Part shown: positions 28,040 through 36,562 of the stretch, piece after piece | Layout: the number at the start of each line of letters is the position of its first letter | How positions within the stretch are numbered: position 1 is the stretch's first letter | Source: Candidatus Zambryskibacteria bacterium RIFCSPLOWO2_02_FULL_39_26 | Lineage (GTDB): Bacteria > Patescibacteriota > Minisyncoccia > Phycocordibacterales > DATDWN01 | Length of the DNA: 55,859 bases | Assembly (NCBI GenBank): GCA_001825395.1 | Contig: MHWN01000005.1 | Location: 1-55,859 of the forward strand | Direction: 5' to 3' | Translations under genes and position numbers: made by a program | Notes under the pieces: generated by a model | The model's database searches: none | Seen by the model: only the letters and a program-made list of their open reading frames with translations | Told to the model about the DNA's origin: nothing

Positions 28040-28654
28040 ATGGCTCCTTGGGACCAGTTTTTCAGAGAAAAAGTGACAAAAATACTGAACGAAAAGAGCA
28101 GAGTTATTGATATTGGCGGGGGACTGCGAGTTTCAAAAAAGAAAGGTAATCGCTTTGACCCAGAAAGAAGCTGGATTCTGCCGATGCTAGAAAAAGTGAA
28201 TTATCTTATTATGGATTCGGTTCCTGATTTTAGTCCAGATATCGTTGGCGATATACATAAAATGCCTTTTGCTGACAATTCCGAGAAGGCCATAATCTGC
28301 TTGGCTGTTCTTGAGCACGTTGAAAATCCTTGGAAGGCAAGTGAAGAAATGCATCGTGTCTTAAAACCGGGAGGTTACTGCTTTATTTATGTGCCGTTTC
28401 TCTACTACTATCACGCCGAAAAAACATACTACAAAGATTATTGGCGCTTTACCAAAGATTCTTTACCAGTCCTGTTTAAAAACTTTTCCAAAATGGAAAT
28501 ATCTCCAGTCCGTGGAGCGGTCGGGACACTCATAAGACTCTCTCCTTTGGGCAGGTTTAAACTTTTTGAAAATCTGGGATATTTTTTAGATAAAGTTTCC
28601 GGAAAACTAAAAACTAATCAAGTCAGTGGATACTATATTTTCTTGATTAAATAA
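28040..28654 (+). CDS. SAM-dependent methyltransferase (Methyltransf_11-like)
   Basis: VIDIGGGLR. AVLEHVENPWKASEEMHRVLKPGGYCFI. Confidence 0.75.
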   Translation: MAPWDQFFREKVTKILNEKSRVIDIGGGLRVSKKKGNRFDPERSWILPMLEKVNYLIMDSVPDFSPDIVGDIHKMPFADNSEKAIICLAVLEHVENPWKASEEMHRVLKPGGYCFIYVPFLYYYHAEKTYYKDYWRFTKDSLPVLFKNFSKMEISPVRGAVGTLIRLSPLGRFKLFENLGYFLDKVSGKLKTNQVSGYYIFLIK

Positions 28655-28655
28655 T

Positions 28656-29780
28656 ATGAAACTCGTCTACATTTCCAATAGTCGAATGCCAAGCGAATAT
28701 GCCCACGGCTTACAAGTGATGCAGATGTGCGAGGCTTTTGTTCAAAATGGATGTGATGTGGAGTTAATCGTTCCCAAAAGAGTTAATAAAATAAAAAAAG
28801 ATCCTTTTTCTTACTATAGTATTAAGAAAAGTTTCTCCATCAAAAAACTACTCAATTTAGATTTTATTTTTCTTAACAATGCTGGTATATTTTTCTGGAT
28901 CCAGACATTGACGTTTTTGTTATCTGTAAAAATTTACCTTTTATTTAAAAAATATAATGTTTTATATACTCGTGAGCAGTTGGTTGGGTTTTTTTTCAAG
29001 AATTTTGTTTTAGAAATTCACTCTTTACCCAAAAATATAAAATCTTTTCATTTATATATTTGGAAAAAAGCCGACCGTTTAGTTGTGCTGACTCCTTTTA
29101 TTAAAAAACGTTTAATTGATCTGGGAATTTCCGAAGATAAAATTTTAGTTGCGCCGGATGGGGTCGATCTTCAAAGGTTTGATCTAAATCTACCTAAAAA
29201 TGAAGCCAGAGTCAGACTCAATCTTCCTAAGGATAAAAAATTAATAGGTTATGTTGGAGCTTTTAGAACTTTAGGTATGGAAAAGGGTCTGGATGTTGCC
29301 ATCCTAGCCATGAAGGCGCTTCCAATAGATGCTATATTGGTTCTGGTGGGGGGTCATCTCCAAGACATTGAGTATTATAAGAATTTGAGTCACAAAATAG
29401 GTGTGGAGAAAAAAATAATTCTCATAGGTAGAGTTGATTACAAACTAGTGCCTATATATTTACAAGCCTTTGATGTTTTGATTGCCCCTTTTCCAGAAAC
29501 GGAGCATTATAATTACTATATGTCTCCAATGAAGATTTTTGAATATATGGCTGCTAAAAGACCCATTATTTCGACTAAATTGCCCTCTTTAGTGGCTATA
29601 ATTGGCGGTGGTGAGGCTTTTTTGGTGGCCCCGGGGAGTAGTAAGGATTTGGCAGAAGGTATGGCCAAAATCCTTCAAGATGAGCCTTTTGGCCAAAAAC
29701 TAATAGAAAGAGCAAACGAGAAGATAAAGGATCTAACCTGGGCAAAAAGAGTCCAAAAGATAATTGAGTTTATAAAATGA
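28656..29780 (+). CDS. glycosyltransferase family 4
   Basis: GT-B layout. LIGYVGAFRTLGMEKG...SPMKIFEYMAAKRPIIST. Confidence 0.75.
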   Translation: MKLVYISNSRMPSEYAHGLQVMQMCEAFVQNGCDVELIVPKRVNKIKKDPFSYYSIKKSFSIKKLLNLDFIFLNNAGIFFWIQTLTFLLSVKIYLLFKKYNVLYTREQLVGFFFKNFVLEIHSLPKNIKSFHLYIWKKADRLVVLTPFIKKRLIDLGISEDKILVAPDGVDLQRFDLNLPKNEARVRLNLPKDKKLIGYVGAFRTLGMEKGLDVAILAMKALPIDAILVLVGGHLQDIEYYKNLSHKIGVEKKIILIGRVDYKLVPIYLQAFDVLIAPFPETEHYNYYMSPMKIFEYMAAKRPIISTKLPSLVAIIGGGEAFLVAPGSSKDLAEGMAKILQDEPFGQKLIERANEKIKDLTWAKRVQKIIEFIK

Positions 29781-30727
29781 AAAAATTAATCAAAAAAGGA
29801 ATAAAACATGTTGTGGTCAATACAGCGTATCATTCCGGCTTAGCCAAACTGTTTGGTAGTTTTCATGGACAAAAAGTTTTTTGCGTAGGCTATCACAGTA
29901 TAAGGGATGATAAGAATGAAGAAAAACTAGATACTTCTCTCTATCACAATATTTCTGTAAAAAAGAAAGATTTTGAAGACCAGTTAGTTTTTATGAAAAA
30001 AAACGGACACACCTTCTTAACCTTCAAGGATTTGGAAAGGAAAGATTTAGAAAAAATAAAAAAACCGACAATAATTTTTTTTGACGACGGCTTCAAAGAT
30101 GTTTTACTTAATGCTCTGCCTGTTTTGAAAAAACATAAAATACCTGCCACTCTTTTTGTTACTGTGGGACTTTTGGACAGGACTCATATTCTTTGGACAA
30201 TCAAACTTCGATATCTTTTGAAGAAGGCGGGATTGAACCACAAACACATAGAGGAGCATATTATGAAATTAAAGGGGTTAGATAGGGAAAAAAGAAATTC
30301 AGAAATAGAGAAAATCGAAACGAAATACAAAGTAAAACTTGATTCGCACTGCCTTGACATTTTTCTCAATTGGCAAGAAGTTCTTCAGCTTAAAAAGGAT
30401 GGATTTGAAATAGGATCGCATGGCATTCAGCATGAAAAATTTTCTGAATTAGATCCAGCTAACCTTCACAAGGAGATAAACGACTCGAAATCTATTATTG
30501 AAGGGAAAATCGGTAAAATTGTTGCTATCTCGTATCCTTATGGAAGAACCAATGAAAAAATCAAGAATATGTCCAAACAAGCTGGATACTCATATGGGCT
30601 TGGCACGGGTCACGGATACAATAAATTGCATGATATTTTAACGGGTCCATTTGATTTGAAAAGAATTACTCCGGGACCGGGGGATTCACTTAGCAGATTT
30701 GCTGTGGAGCTTTATATGAATATTTGA
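29777..30727 (+). CDS. polysaccharide deacetylase (NodB-homology, CE4)
   Basis: IIFFDDGFKDV (TFDDG-type motif) and GSHGIQHEKF His motif. Confidence 0.75.
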   Translation: MKKLIKKGIKHVVVNTAYHSGLAKLFGSFHGQKVFCVGYHSIRDDKNEEKLDTSLYHNISVKKKDFEDQLVFMKKNGHTFLTFKDLERKDLEKIKKPTIIFFDDGFKDVLLNALPVLKKHKIPATLFVTVGLLDRTHILWTIKLRYLLKKAGLNHKHIEEHIMKLKGLDREKRNSEIEKIETKYKVKLDSHCLDIFLNWQEVLQLKKDGFEIGSHGIQHEKFSELDPANLHKEINDSKSIIEGKIGKIVAISYPYGRTNEKIKNMSKQAGYSYGLGTGHGYNKLHDILTGPFDLKRITPGPGDSLSRFAVELYMNI

Positions 30728-30732
30728 CCCTC

Positions 30733-31518
30733 ATGATTTTAGAAACAAAAAAATTATTTTTTAGAAAAACATTTGTTTTTTCCAGTCCAGATGTTTTTAT
30801 AGATTTATGTAAAAGTGGCAGATATTCTTCTGTGGTTGCTCTTTGTTATGATAAACTGCCAGAAGATTTCGTAAAAATGTATTCAGCGAAAAATTTAAAG
30901 ATTAGAAAAAAGAAACTGACGTATATTGATATCAAACTAAACGAGGAAGAGATTTTTGATAAATTTAACGATACCACTAAAAAACACGTTAAAAGAACAT
31001 TTAAAAACAGCGATTTAATTTTTAAACATACTCAAAACCCAACAATTAATTCATATAAGGTTTATGCTAATTTTGAATATTCTCAAGGGCGAGTACCTAT
31101 TTCATTTGATGAATTCAAAAAATATAGGTTGTTTAGCGCAGAATACAGAGGTCAAGAAATATCGGGCATATCACTGATTGAAGACAAACCAAACATTAAA
31201 ACTATCACTATCTACTCAAAAAGGGTTGTAACAGAAGACAAGGAAACATATAAAATCATCGCTCAAGCTACTAGAAGAATAGTTTGGGAAATATGTTTAT
31301 GGGCCAAAAAAGAAGGATTTAGACTTTTTGATCTGGGTTCAATTAATTTGGATGACCCAGTAAAAGCCGGAGTAACCGAATTTAAACTTTCTTTCGGTGG
31401 GGAAGTTATTCCCGAATACACTTTCATTTATAAATCAATACACTTCGCATTTTTTGAAAATTTAGTTAGTATAAAAGTTCTATTTAAAAAAATACTTTTT
31501 ATTCTTAAACTGGCGTAA
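30733..31518 (+). CDS. hypothetical protein, possibly FemAB/GNAT-fold acyl- or aminoacyl-transferase
   Basis: The C-terminal GVTEFKLSFGGEV resembles the FemAB-family tail. The assignment is weak. ATG at 30733 is preferred over TTG at 30724. Confidence 0.35.
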   Translation: MILETKKLFFRKTFVFSSPDVFIDLCKSGRYSSVVALCYDKLPEDFVKMYSAKNLKIRKKKLTYIDIKLNEEEIFDKFNDTTKKHVKRTFKNSDLIFKHTQNPTINSYKVYANFEYSQGRVPISFDEFKKYRLFSAEYRGQEISGISLIEDKPNIKTITIYSKRVVTEDKETYKIIAQATRRIVWEICLWAKKEGFRLFDLGSINLDDPVKAGVTEFKLSFGGEVIPEYTFIYKSIHFAFFENLVSIKVLFKKILFILKLA

Positions 31519-32511
31519 TACGGGAGATATTTTTGTGATTAATTTCGGGGCTATAACCATACTTAAAAATTGTAGATTTTCTGGGAAATAAAATAGGTTT
31601 TTGCTCAGAGTAATCCATGCGAAATTTCTTATATCTTTGCCGTGAAGTGTATCTAACATCAATCCGCCCATAGTAAAAGCGGCATAGAGCTTTTTATAAT
31701 TTTTGTATTCACTTGGTATGTATTCTTTTATAACATTAGCCACTTCTTCATTATCAAATATATTAAAAAATACAATACTTCTACTATCCTGTGTCCAGCT
31801 CGTCTCATTTTTACGGTGAAGTACAAAAGGTTTTGCAATAATTAGAAATCGTCCATACTTACTAATTCCTATTAAAACTTGTGCTTGCCATAGGTACAGG
31901 TTTTCTGATCGTAGGTGTTTTTTTGCAGAAGCTTCTTCTTCTAAAAATAGATCTTTTCTAAAAATTACAGATGGAAGAAGGTTTGTTAAATACATCCAAT
32001 TATTTATATTACTCAGCATTTTATAATCTCTCTGAAAATCTTCTACAAAAACATCTTTACTAATATTTAGACGATTTTCCAGAACAATTTTGAAGTTATG
32101 ATTGGCGTCATCTAGAGAAATCATATTCGATGTGTTAACCAGGATAAAATTAGGGTTTTTTTCTTTTATGCATTTTATGAAATATTCTATAGCTCCTTCG
32201 CGTAATAAGTCATCATCTCCACAAATAAGGATATGTTCACTAAGAGCTTCCTTTAACAGGGATTCGATATTTTTAGAGAGTCCAAGGTTTTTTTGATGAT
32301 TGAAACCGCGGACAAATTTATATTGTTTTTTGATTTCATCTATGTAATTGTCTGTCTGATCTCTTGAGGCGTCGTTTCCAATGATGATCTCGACAGCTTC
32401 CTCTAAACCACCTTTTTTAATTTGGTTGATTAAACAAGTGACCATTGTTTCTAGAAACAATGGTCTTTTATATGTAGGTAAAAGTATGCTTAGTAATTTT
32501 TTTTCATTCAT
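31480..32511 (-). CDS. glycosyltransferase family 2
   Basis: LSILLPTYKRP, IIGNDASRD and CGDDDLL. The start MNEKK at 32511 overlaps the upstream stop by 8 nt. The ORF is open to 32538. Confidence 0.75.
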   Translation of the reverse strand: MNEKKLLSILLPTYKRPLFLETMVTCLINQIKKGGLEEAVEIIIGNDASRDQTDNYIDEIKKQYKFVRGFNHQKNLGLSKNIESLLKEALSEHILICGDDDLLREGAIEYFIKCIKEKNPNFILVNTSNMISLDDANHNFKIVLENRLNISKDVFVEDFQRDYKMLSNINNWMYLTNLLPSVIFRKDLFLEEEASAKKHLRSENLYLWQAQVLIGISKYGRFLIIAKPFVLHRKNETSWTQDSRSIVFFNIFDNEEVANVIKEYIPSEYKNYKKLYAAFTMGGLMLDTLHGKDIRNFAWITLSKNLFYFPENLQFLSMVIAPKLITKISPVLRQFKNKKYFFK

Positions 32512-33730
32512 TTCCAGTTTTTTCTTTGAAGAAATCATCGAATATCTTTACAACATATTCTCTGTCTTTTTGGTCCATCCGAGGATGAACTCCTATCCAA
32601 AAACTATGACTAAGAATGTAATTTGCATCATCTAATTTGGAGCCGATTCTGTACTTTACGTTTTTATAGGCGGGGTGTCTGGTTATATTACCAGCAAACA
32701 TAGAACGTGTTTCTATACCATTTTTTTCTAAGTGTGCCACTAATTTACCCCTATCTCCATCATAAGTTAAAGGAAAAGCAAACCAACAAATATCTGCTCC
32801 ATCTACAGATTTAGGAAGTATCATAGGATATTTACCTAAATGTTTATATAAGTAATCAAAATTAGTTTTTCTCAACTTTCTTATTTTATCCGCTTTTCTC
32901 AATTGAATCCTACCCATAGCTGCCTGAAGTTCTAGTATCTGGAAGTTATAGCCCATTTTATCGTATACAAAACGAGGATTGTAATCTTTTGGAAGAGTCT
33001 TCACATTGTGAGGTCTATCGGTGTTAGATTGTCTGCCCCAGTCTCGGTACATTCTGACATTTTGAGCCAACTCTTTGTTGTTTGTAAATATTCCACCCCC
33101 CACTCCCATAGAAACAATATGTGCAGCGTGAAATGAGGTGATTGAAATATCCCCAAATGAACCGAGCATCTTTCCATTTATTGAACCTCCCCAAGTATCA
33201 CATCCGTCTTCTATGACTTTGATCTTGTGTTTGTGGGCAACTTTCATAAGTCTTGGCATATCTACTGGGTTCCCCACTGGGTGTATAGCGATGATGGCTT
33301 TGGTTTTTTTAGATATAGCTTTTTCGACTTCGTCCACGTCAAAGGTGTATGTGCCAATTTTTGCATCAACTACGACAGGGATAAGGCCACATTGAATTAT
33401 GATATTGAATATAGTGGGAAAGGTGCAGGCAGATATGATAACCTCCGAACTCTTTGGTAGTTCCAAGGCTGAAAGGGCAAGAAGTCCAGCAGACGAGCCT
33501 GAGTTAGTCAGTATTCCGTATTTCACACCCAGGAATTTAGCTGCTTCCTCTTCCATCTTTGCCCCTTCCTCGCCTTGTTGCCAATTACCCCTATCTTTAT
33601 TGATTGTTTTAATAATAGCGTTAACTTCTTCGTCTCCAATCATCGCGCCCCCATATCTGATTTTGTGTTTTTTCATTTGTTTATTGTTTTCTTTTACTTT
33701 GTACAATATCATATTTGAGCTTAATGACAA
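32504..33730 (-). CDS. E1/RfbH-like NDP-4-keto-6-deoxyhexose 3-dehydrase (DegT/DnrJ/EryC1 fold, Lys-to-His variant)
   Basis: SFHAAHIVSMGVGGG has His where aminotransferases carry the PLP Lys. YRDWGRQ resembles the RfbH RDWGRD pattern. The start is probably the internal MKKHKIRYGG at 33676. Confidence 0.7.
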   Translation of the reverse strand: MSLSSNMILYKVKENNKQMKKHKIRYGGAMIGDEEVNAIIKTINKDRGNWQQGEEGAKMEEEAAKFLGVKYGILTNSGSSAGLLALSALELPKSSEVIISACTFPTIFNIIIQCGLIPVVVDAKIGTYTFDVDEVEKAISKKTKAIIAIHPVGNPVDMPRLMKVAHKHKIKVIEDGCDTWGGSINGKMLGSFGDISITSFHAAHIVSMGVGGGIFTNNKELAQNVRMYRDWGRQSNTDRPHNVKTLPKDYNPRFVYDKMGYNFQILELQAAMGRIQLRKADKIRKLRKTNFDYLYKHLGKYPMILPKSVDGADICWFAFPLTYDGDRGKLVAHLEKNGIETRSMFAGNITRHPAYKNVKYRIGSKLDDANYILSHSFWIGVHPRMDQKDREYVVKIFDDFFKEKTGNE

Positions 33731-33766
33731 GGTTTTATTCGCTTTCTGAATACAGTAAAATTATTT

Positions 33767-34165
33767 TTAAATTCCTAATTCTGACACTATTTTGATGGCA
33801 TTCAGTTTAGATGGCCAGCGAACAGTAATTAACACTGAATCCTCAATCGCTTTCCAAGTGTGTGGAATTTCTGCGGGATAAATTAAGTAATCTCCTTCGG
33901 TCTCCATTAAGCATTCGCCAATTTCTGGAAAAATATTTACGAATTTTCCTTTTACCAAGATTGTCAAGGTTTTAGCCTCAACACTTTTAGTCCAACCATC
34001 TTTTTTATCTCCAGCGCTATGTATGGACCACATAACTTCAACTGTCGAATCCTTTCGTAATCCTTTTGATTCATCAATGAAAGATCCAATCAACCACTGA
34101 CGTTTGTTTCTGTCCTTATAAGCATTTCCTTTTATAACCTGGTCACTTATTTTTTTTACAGCCAT
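33767..34165 (-). CDS. cupin-domain protein (possible sugar isomerase/epimerase)
   Basis: 132 aa. GDYLIYPAEIPHTWKA is a cupin-like strand pattern. Overlaps the stop of the 4,6-dehydratase. Confidence 0.5.
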   Translation of the reverse strand: MAVKKISDQVIKGNAYKDRNKRQWLIGSFIDESKGLRKDSTVEVMWSIHSAGDKKDGWTKSVEAKTLTILVKGKFVNIFPEIGECLMETEGDYLIYPAEIPHTWKAIEDSVLITVRWPSKLNAIKIVSELGI

Positions 34166-35229
34166 TTGTTATTTTTCTTTTGCCACTCGATCGTATCTTT
34201 TAAAGATTTTTCAAACGACACGGGTGATTTCCATCCTTTCTTTTTTAATTTTGAATCATCGAGTCCATAATGCTTATCATGTCCTGGTCGTGTAAATTGA
34301 GAACTTTTCAGTTCGTATTTAAGTTTTTTGCCCATCAATTTGGCAATAAGTTGTGATAATTGCAAGTTATCCAATTGCTTGTCGCCAGCAATATTGTATC
34401 TGTCAGGTTTGTCTATTGTGTCCGGTATGTGTAGGTATGGAGGAAGATTTTTAATAATAAACAAAATTGCATCTGCCGAATTTCTTGAATGAATATATGA
34501 ACGTGAACCGATATCACCCTTCTTGCCATGAATTATAACTGTCTGGTCATTTTCAACTAATTTCTGAATCATAACAGGGAATTTTGATCCTTGTTGCATT
34601 TCTCCAAAATTATTCATCGTATTAGTAATAATGATCGGTACATTGTATGTTCTCCAGTAGGAAATTGCGATTGCTTCCTGGCATGCTTTTGAGGCAGCAT
34701 AAGGATTGGAGGGAACAATAGGTGCCCATTCTTTAAACCCTGTTACACCGTTTGATGGTCCGTATACTTCATCAGTAGAAAATTGAATAAACGTTTCTGG
34801 CTTAACTTCACGAGCGTATTCTAGGATGTTTAAGGTCAACCATACATTGTTTTGGAAATAGGTTACTGGGTCATGTATGCTTGCTTCAACATCAGACAGA
34901 GCTGCAAGGTTGATAATATAATCGATTCTTCCCATTTTTTTCTTTGTTACCTCAGAAAATGGGCCAATCAAATCATGAGTGATCATAGTCAGTCTTTCTT
35001 GCCATTCTGGATTGCCTTCAATTATATGAGCAATTCTATCTGACCAACCTCTGTGTCTGAAACTAGCAACACCTATGACATGCCAGTTTGTATTGTGCAT
35101 TATGTGGGCATAAAAATGACAACCAATACTTCCTCCTATTCCAGTTAAGAGGACCCTCTTAACTTCCCCCTTATTGTTCGTTTCTTTATCGATTTTTTGT
35201 CTAGCCATAAAATTGTAAAAAAGACTCAC
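34156..35229 (-). CDS. NDP-hexose 4,6-dehydratase (extended SDR, RmlB-like)
   Basis: VLLTGIGGSIGCH, FSTDEVYG and the PYAASKACQE YxxxK motif. Confidence 0.75.
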   Translation of the reverse strand: MSLFYNFMARQKIDKETNNKGEVKRVLLTGIGGSIGCHFYAHIMHNTNWHVIGVASFRHRGWSDRIAHIIEGNPEWQERLTMITHDLIGPFSEVTKKKMGRIDYIINLAALSDVEASIHDPVTYFQNNVWLTLNILEYAREVKPETFIQFSTDEVYGPSNGVTGFKEWAPIVPSNPYAASKACQEAIAISYWRTYNVPIIITNTMNNFGEMQQGSKFPVMIQKLVENDQTVIIHGKKGDIGSRSYIHSRNSADAILFIIKNLPPYLHIPDTIDKPDRYNIAGDKQLDNLQLSQLIAKLMGKKLKYELKSSQFTRPGHDKHYGLDDSKLKKKGWKSPVSFEKSLKDTIEWQKKNNKWL

Positions 35230-35284
35230 ATTTTTGGTAAATGAATATCAATAAAATTAGCATACAATATCATAAAAGTCACCC

Positions 35285-36397
35285 TTATATTTTTCTTGGA
35301 ATAAAATGTTTCTCGTCTCTCCATTCTAGAATAAAAAGACGTTTAGCTTCAGCGTGTAGGGATATATCCCAGTTTATTTCTCCAGTTTCATCTTTAATAC
35401 CCGGTATATTGTTTTTTTGACATATTACCCGAACATTGTCGTGCCATTTTTTCTCATTTCCTCCTGTCATATTATTAAGGTGATCACAAGCTGTCCCTAT
35501 TGAAGCTAGTGTGTAACCTGCTTCTAACATTCGACAACTCATTATTCTGTCGTAGTGATAATATAAAAGCGGAGGATAATTAGGTTCTTTTAGATTTTCC
35601 CATGCGCTTCGACGAAGTGCCATAACGCATCCATCTATAACAACACATTGTGTTAATCCATCATAACGTTGTCCATGAAGAGACGCAGGAGTGCCAGTCC
35701 ATGATTCATCTTTATATGAGTATGTCTTACCTAGAAAATTGGAAGTCGTTCCCCATAACCGACTGCCATTTTCTGCCATTTCATCAGAACCAACAAATCC
35801 AACCATTCCTAATCTATTATCCTTTTCAAATATGTATCGCAGTAGAACATCAAAACCATTCTCTTCTATCATAATATCGTTATGTATGAATAAAAGGATA
35901 TCTCCGGTAGTATTTTCCATCCAAAATTTAAAATTAGGATAACCTCCCTTGTCTGTAACCACTTTTATATTTATAGGTTTGTCTGGCAAATCTCCTTTTT
36001 CAATGACAAAATCACCACCACCATCCATAACAACTATCTCCATCTTTCCTATTGAAGAGGAAACAAGTTTGGATAAGCAAAGTTTGGATAATTCATGCTG
36101 ACCGAGCACGGTAACTATGACGGAAAGTTTTGGCAATTTTCTTTCCGCCAGATAATATTTATAAGCCTCTTCTCTTAGTTTTTCTCCTGCCTGTGAATTA
36201 AAAATTCTCCGGAGTAATGCTCGTCCTTTGTAATACAATAGGCGTCTTATTTTATACAAAAAAGCTCTAAAACCTTCTTTGAATATCATTTCCCAAGCAT
36301 TTCTAGCTTTCATTACTAAAGTTGGCTTTTCAATATTTACGGTTTTATTGAAGGATATAGGTAGAGCTTCTTTAGAAAAAGATTTTTGATTGTCCAT
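35285..36397 (-). CDS. GT-A fold glycosyltransferase-like protein (hypothetical)
   Basis: LSVIVTVLGQHEL...IVVMDGGGD...LLFIHNDIMIEE is a GT2-like N-terminal pattern. Confidence 0.45.
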   Translation of the reverse strand: MDNQKSFSKEALPISFNKTVNIEKPTLVMKARNAWEMIFKEGFRAFLYKIRRLLYYKGRALLRRIFNSQAGEKLREEAYKYYLAERKLPKLSVIVTVLGQHELSKLCLSKLVSSSIGKMEIVVMDGGGDFVIEKGDLPDKPINIKVVTDKGGYPNFKFWMENTTGDILLFIHNDIMIEENGFDVLLRYIFEKDNRLGMVGFVGSDEMAENGSRLWGTTSNFLGKTYSYKDESWTGTPASLHGQRYDGLTQCVVIDGCVMALRRSAWENLKEPNYPPLLYYHYDRIMSCRMLEAGYTLASIGTACDHLNNMTGGNEKKWHDNVRVICQKNNIPGIKDETGEINWDISLHAEAKRLFILEWRDEKHFIPRKI

Positions 36398-36562
36398 CTA
36401 TAATTTTAAATTAAGAATTATTTAATATCCGAATATTATCATAACCTCTTAAAAAAGAGTAATTTTCAATATTTATTTGATTAATCCATAAAATAGTGTA
36501 TTCTTTTAAACAGATAAGGGTTCTTTGATAGACCCAAAAAATTCAGAAAAGGGAAGGTTGAA

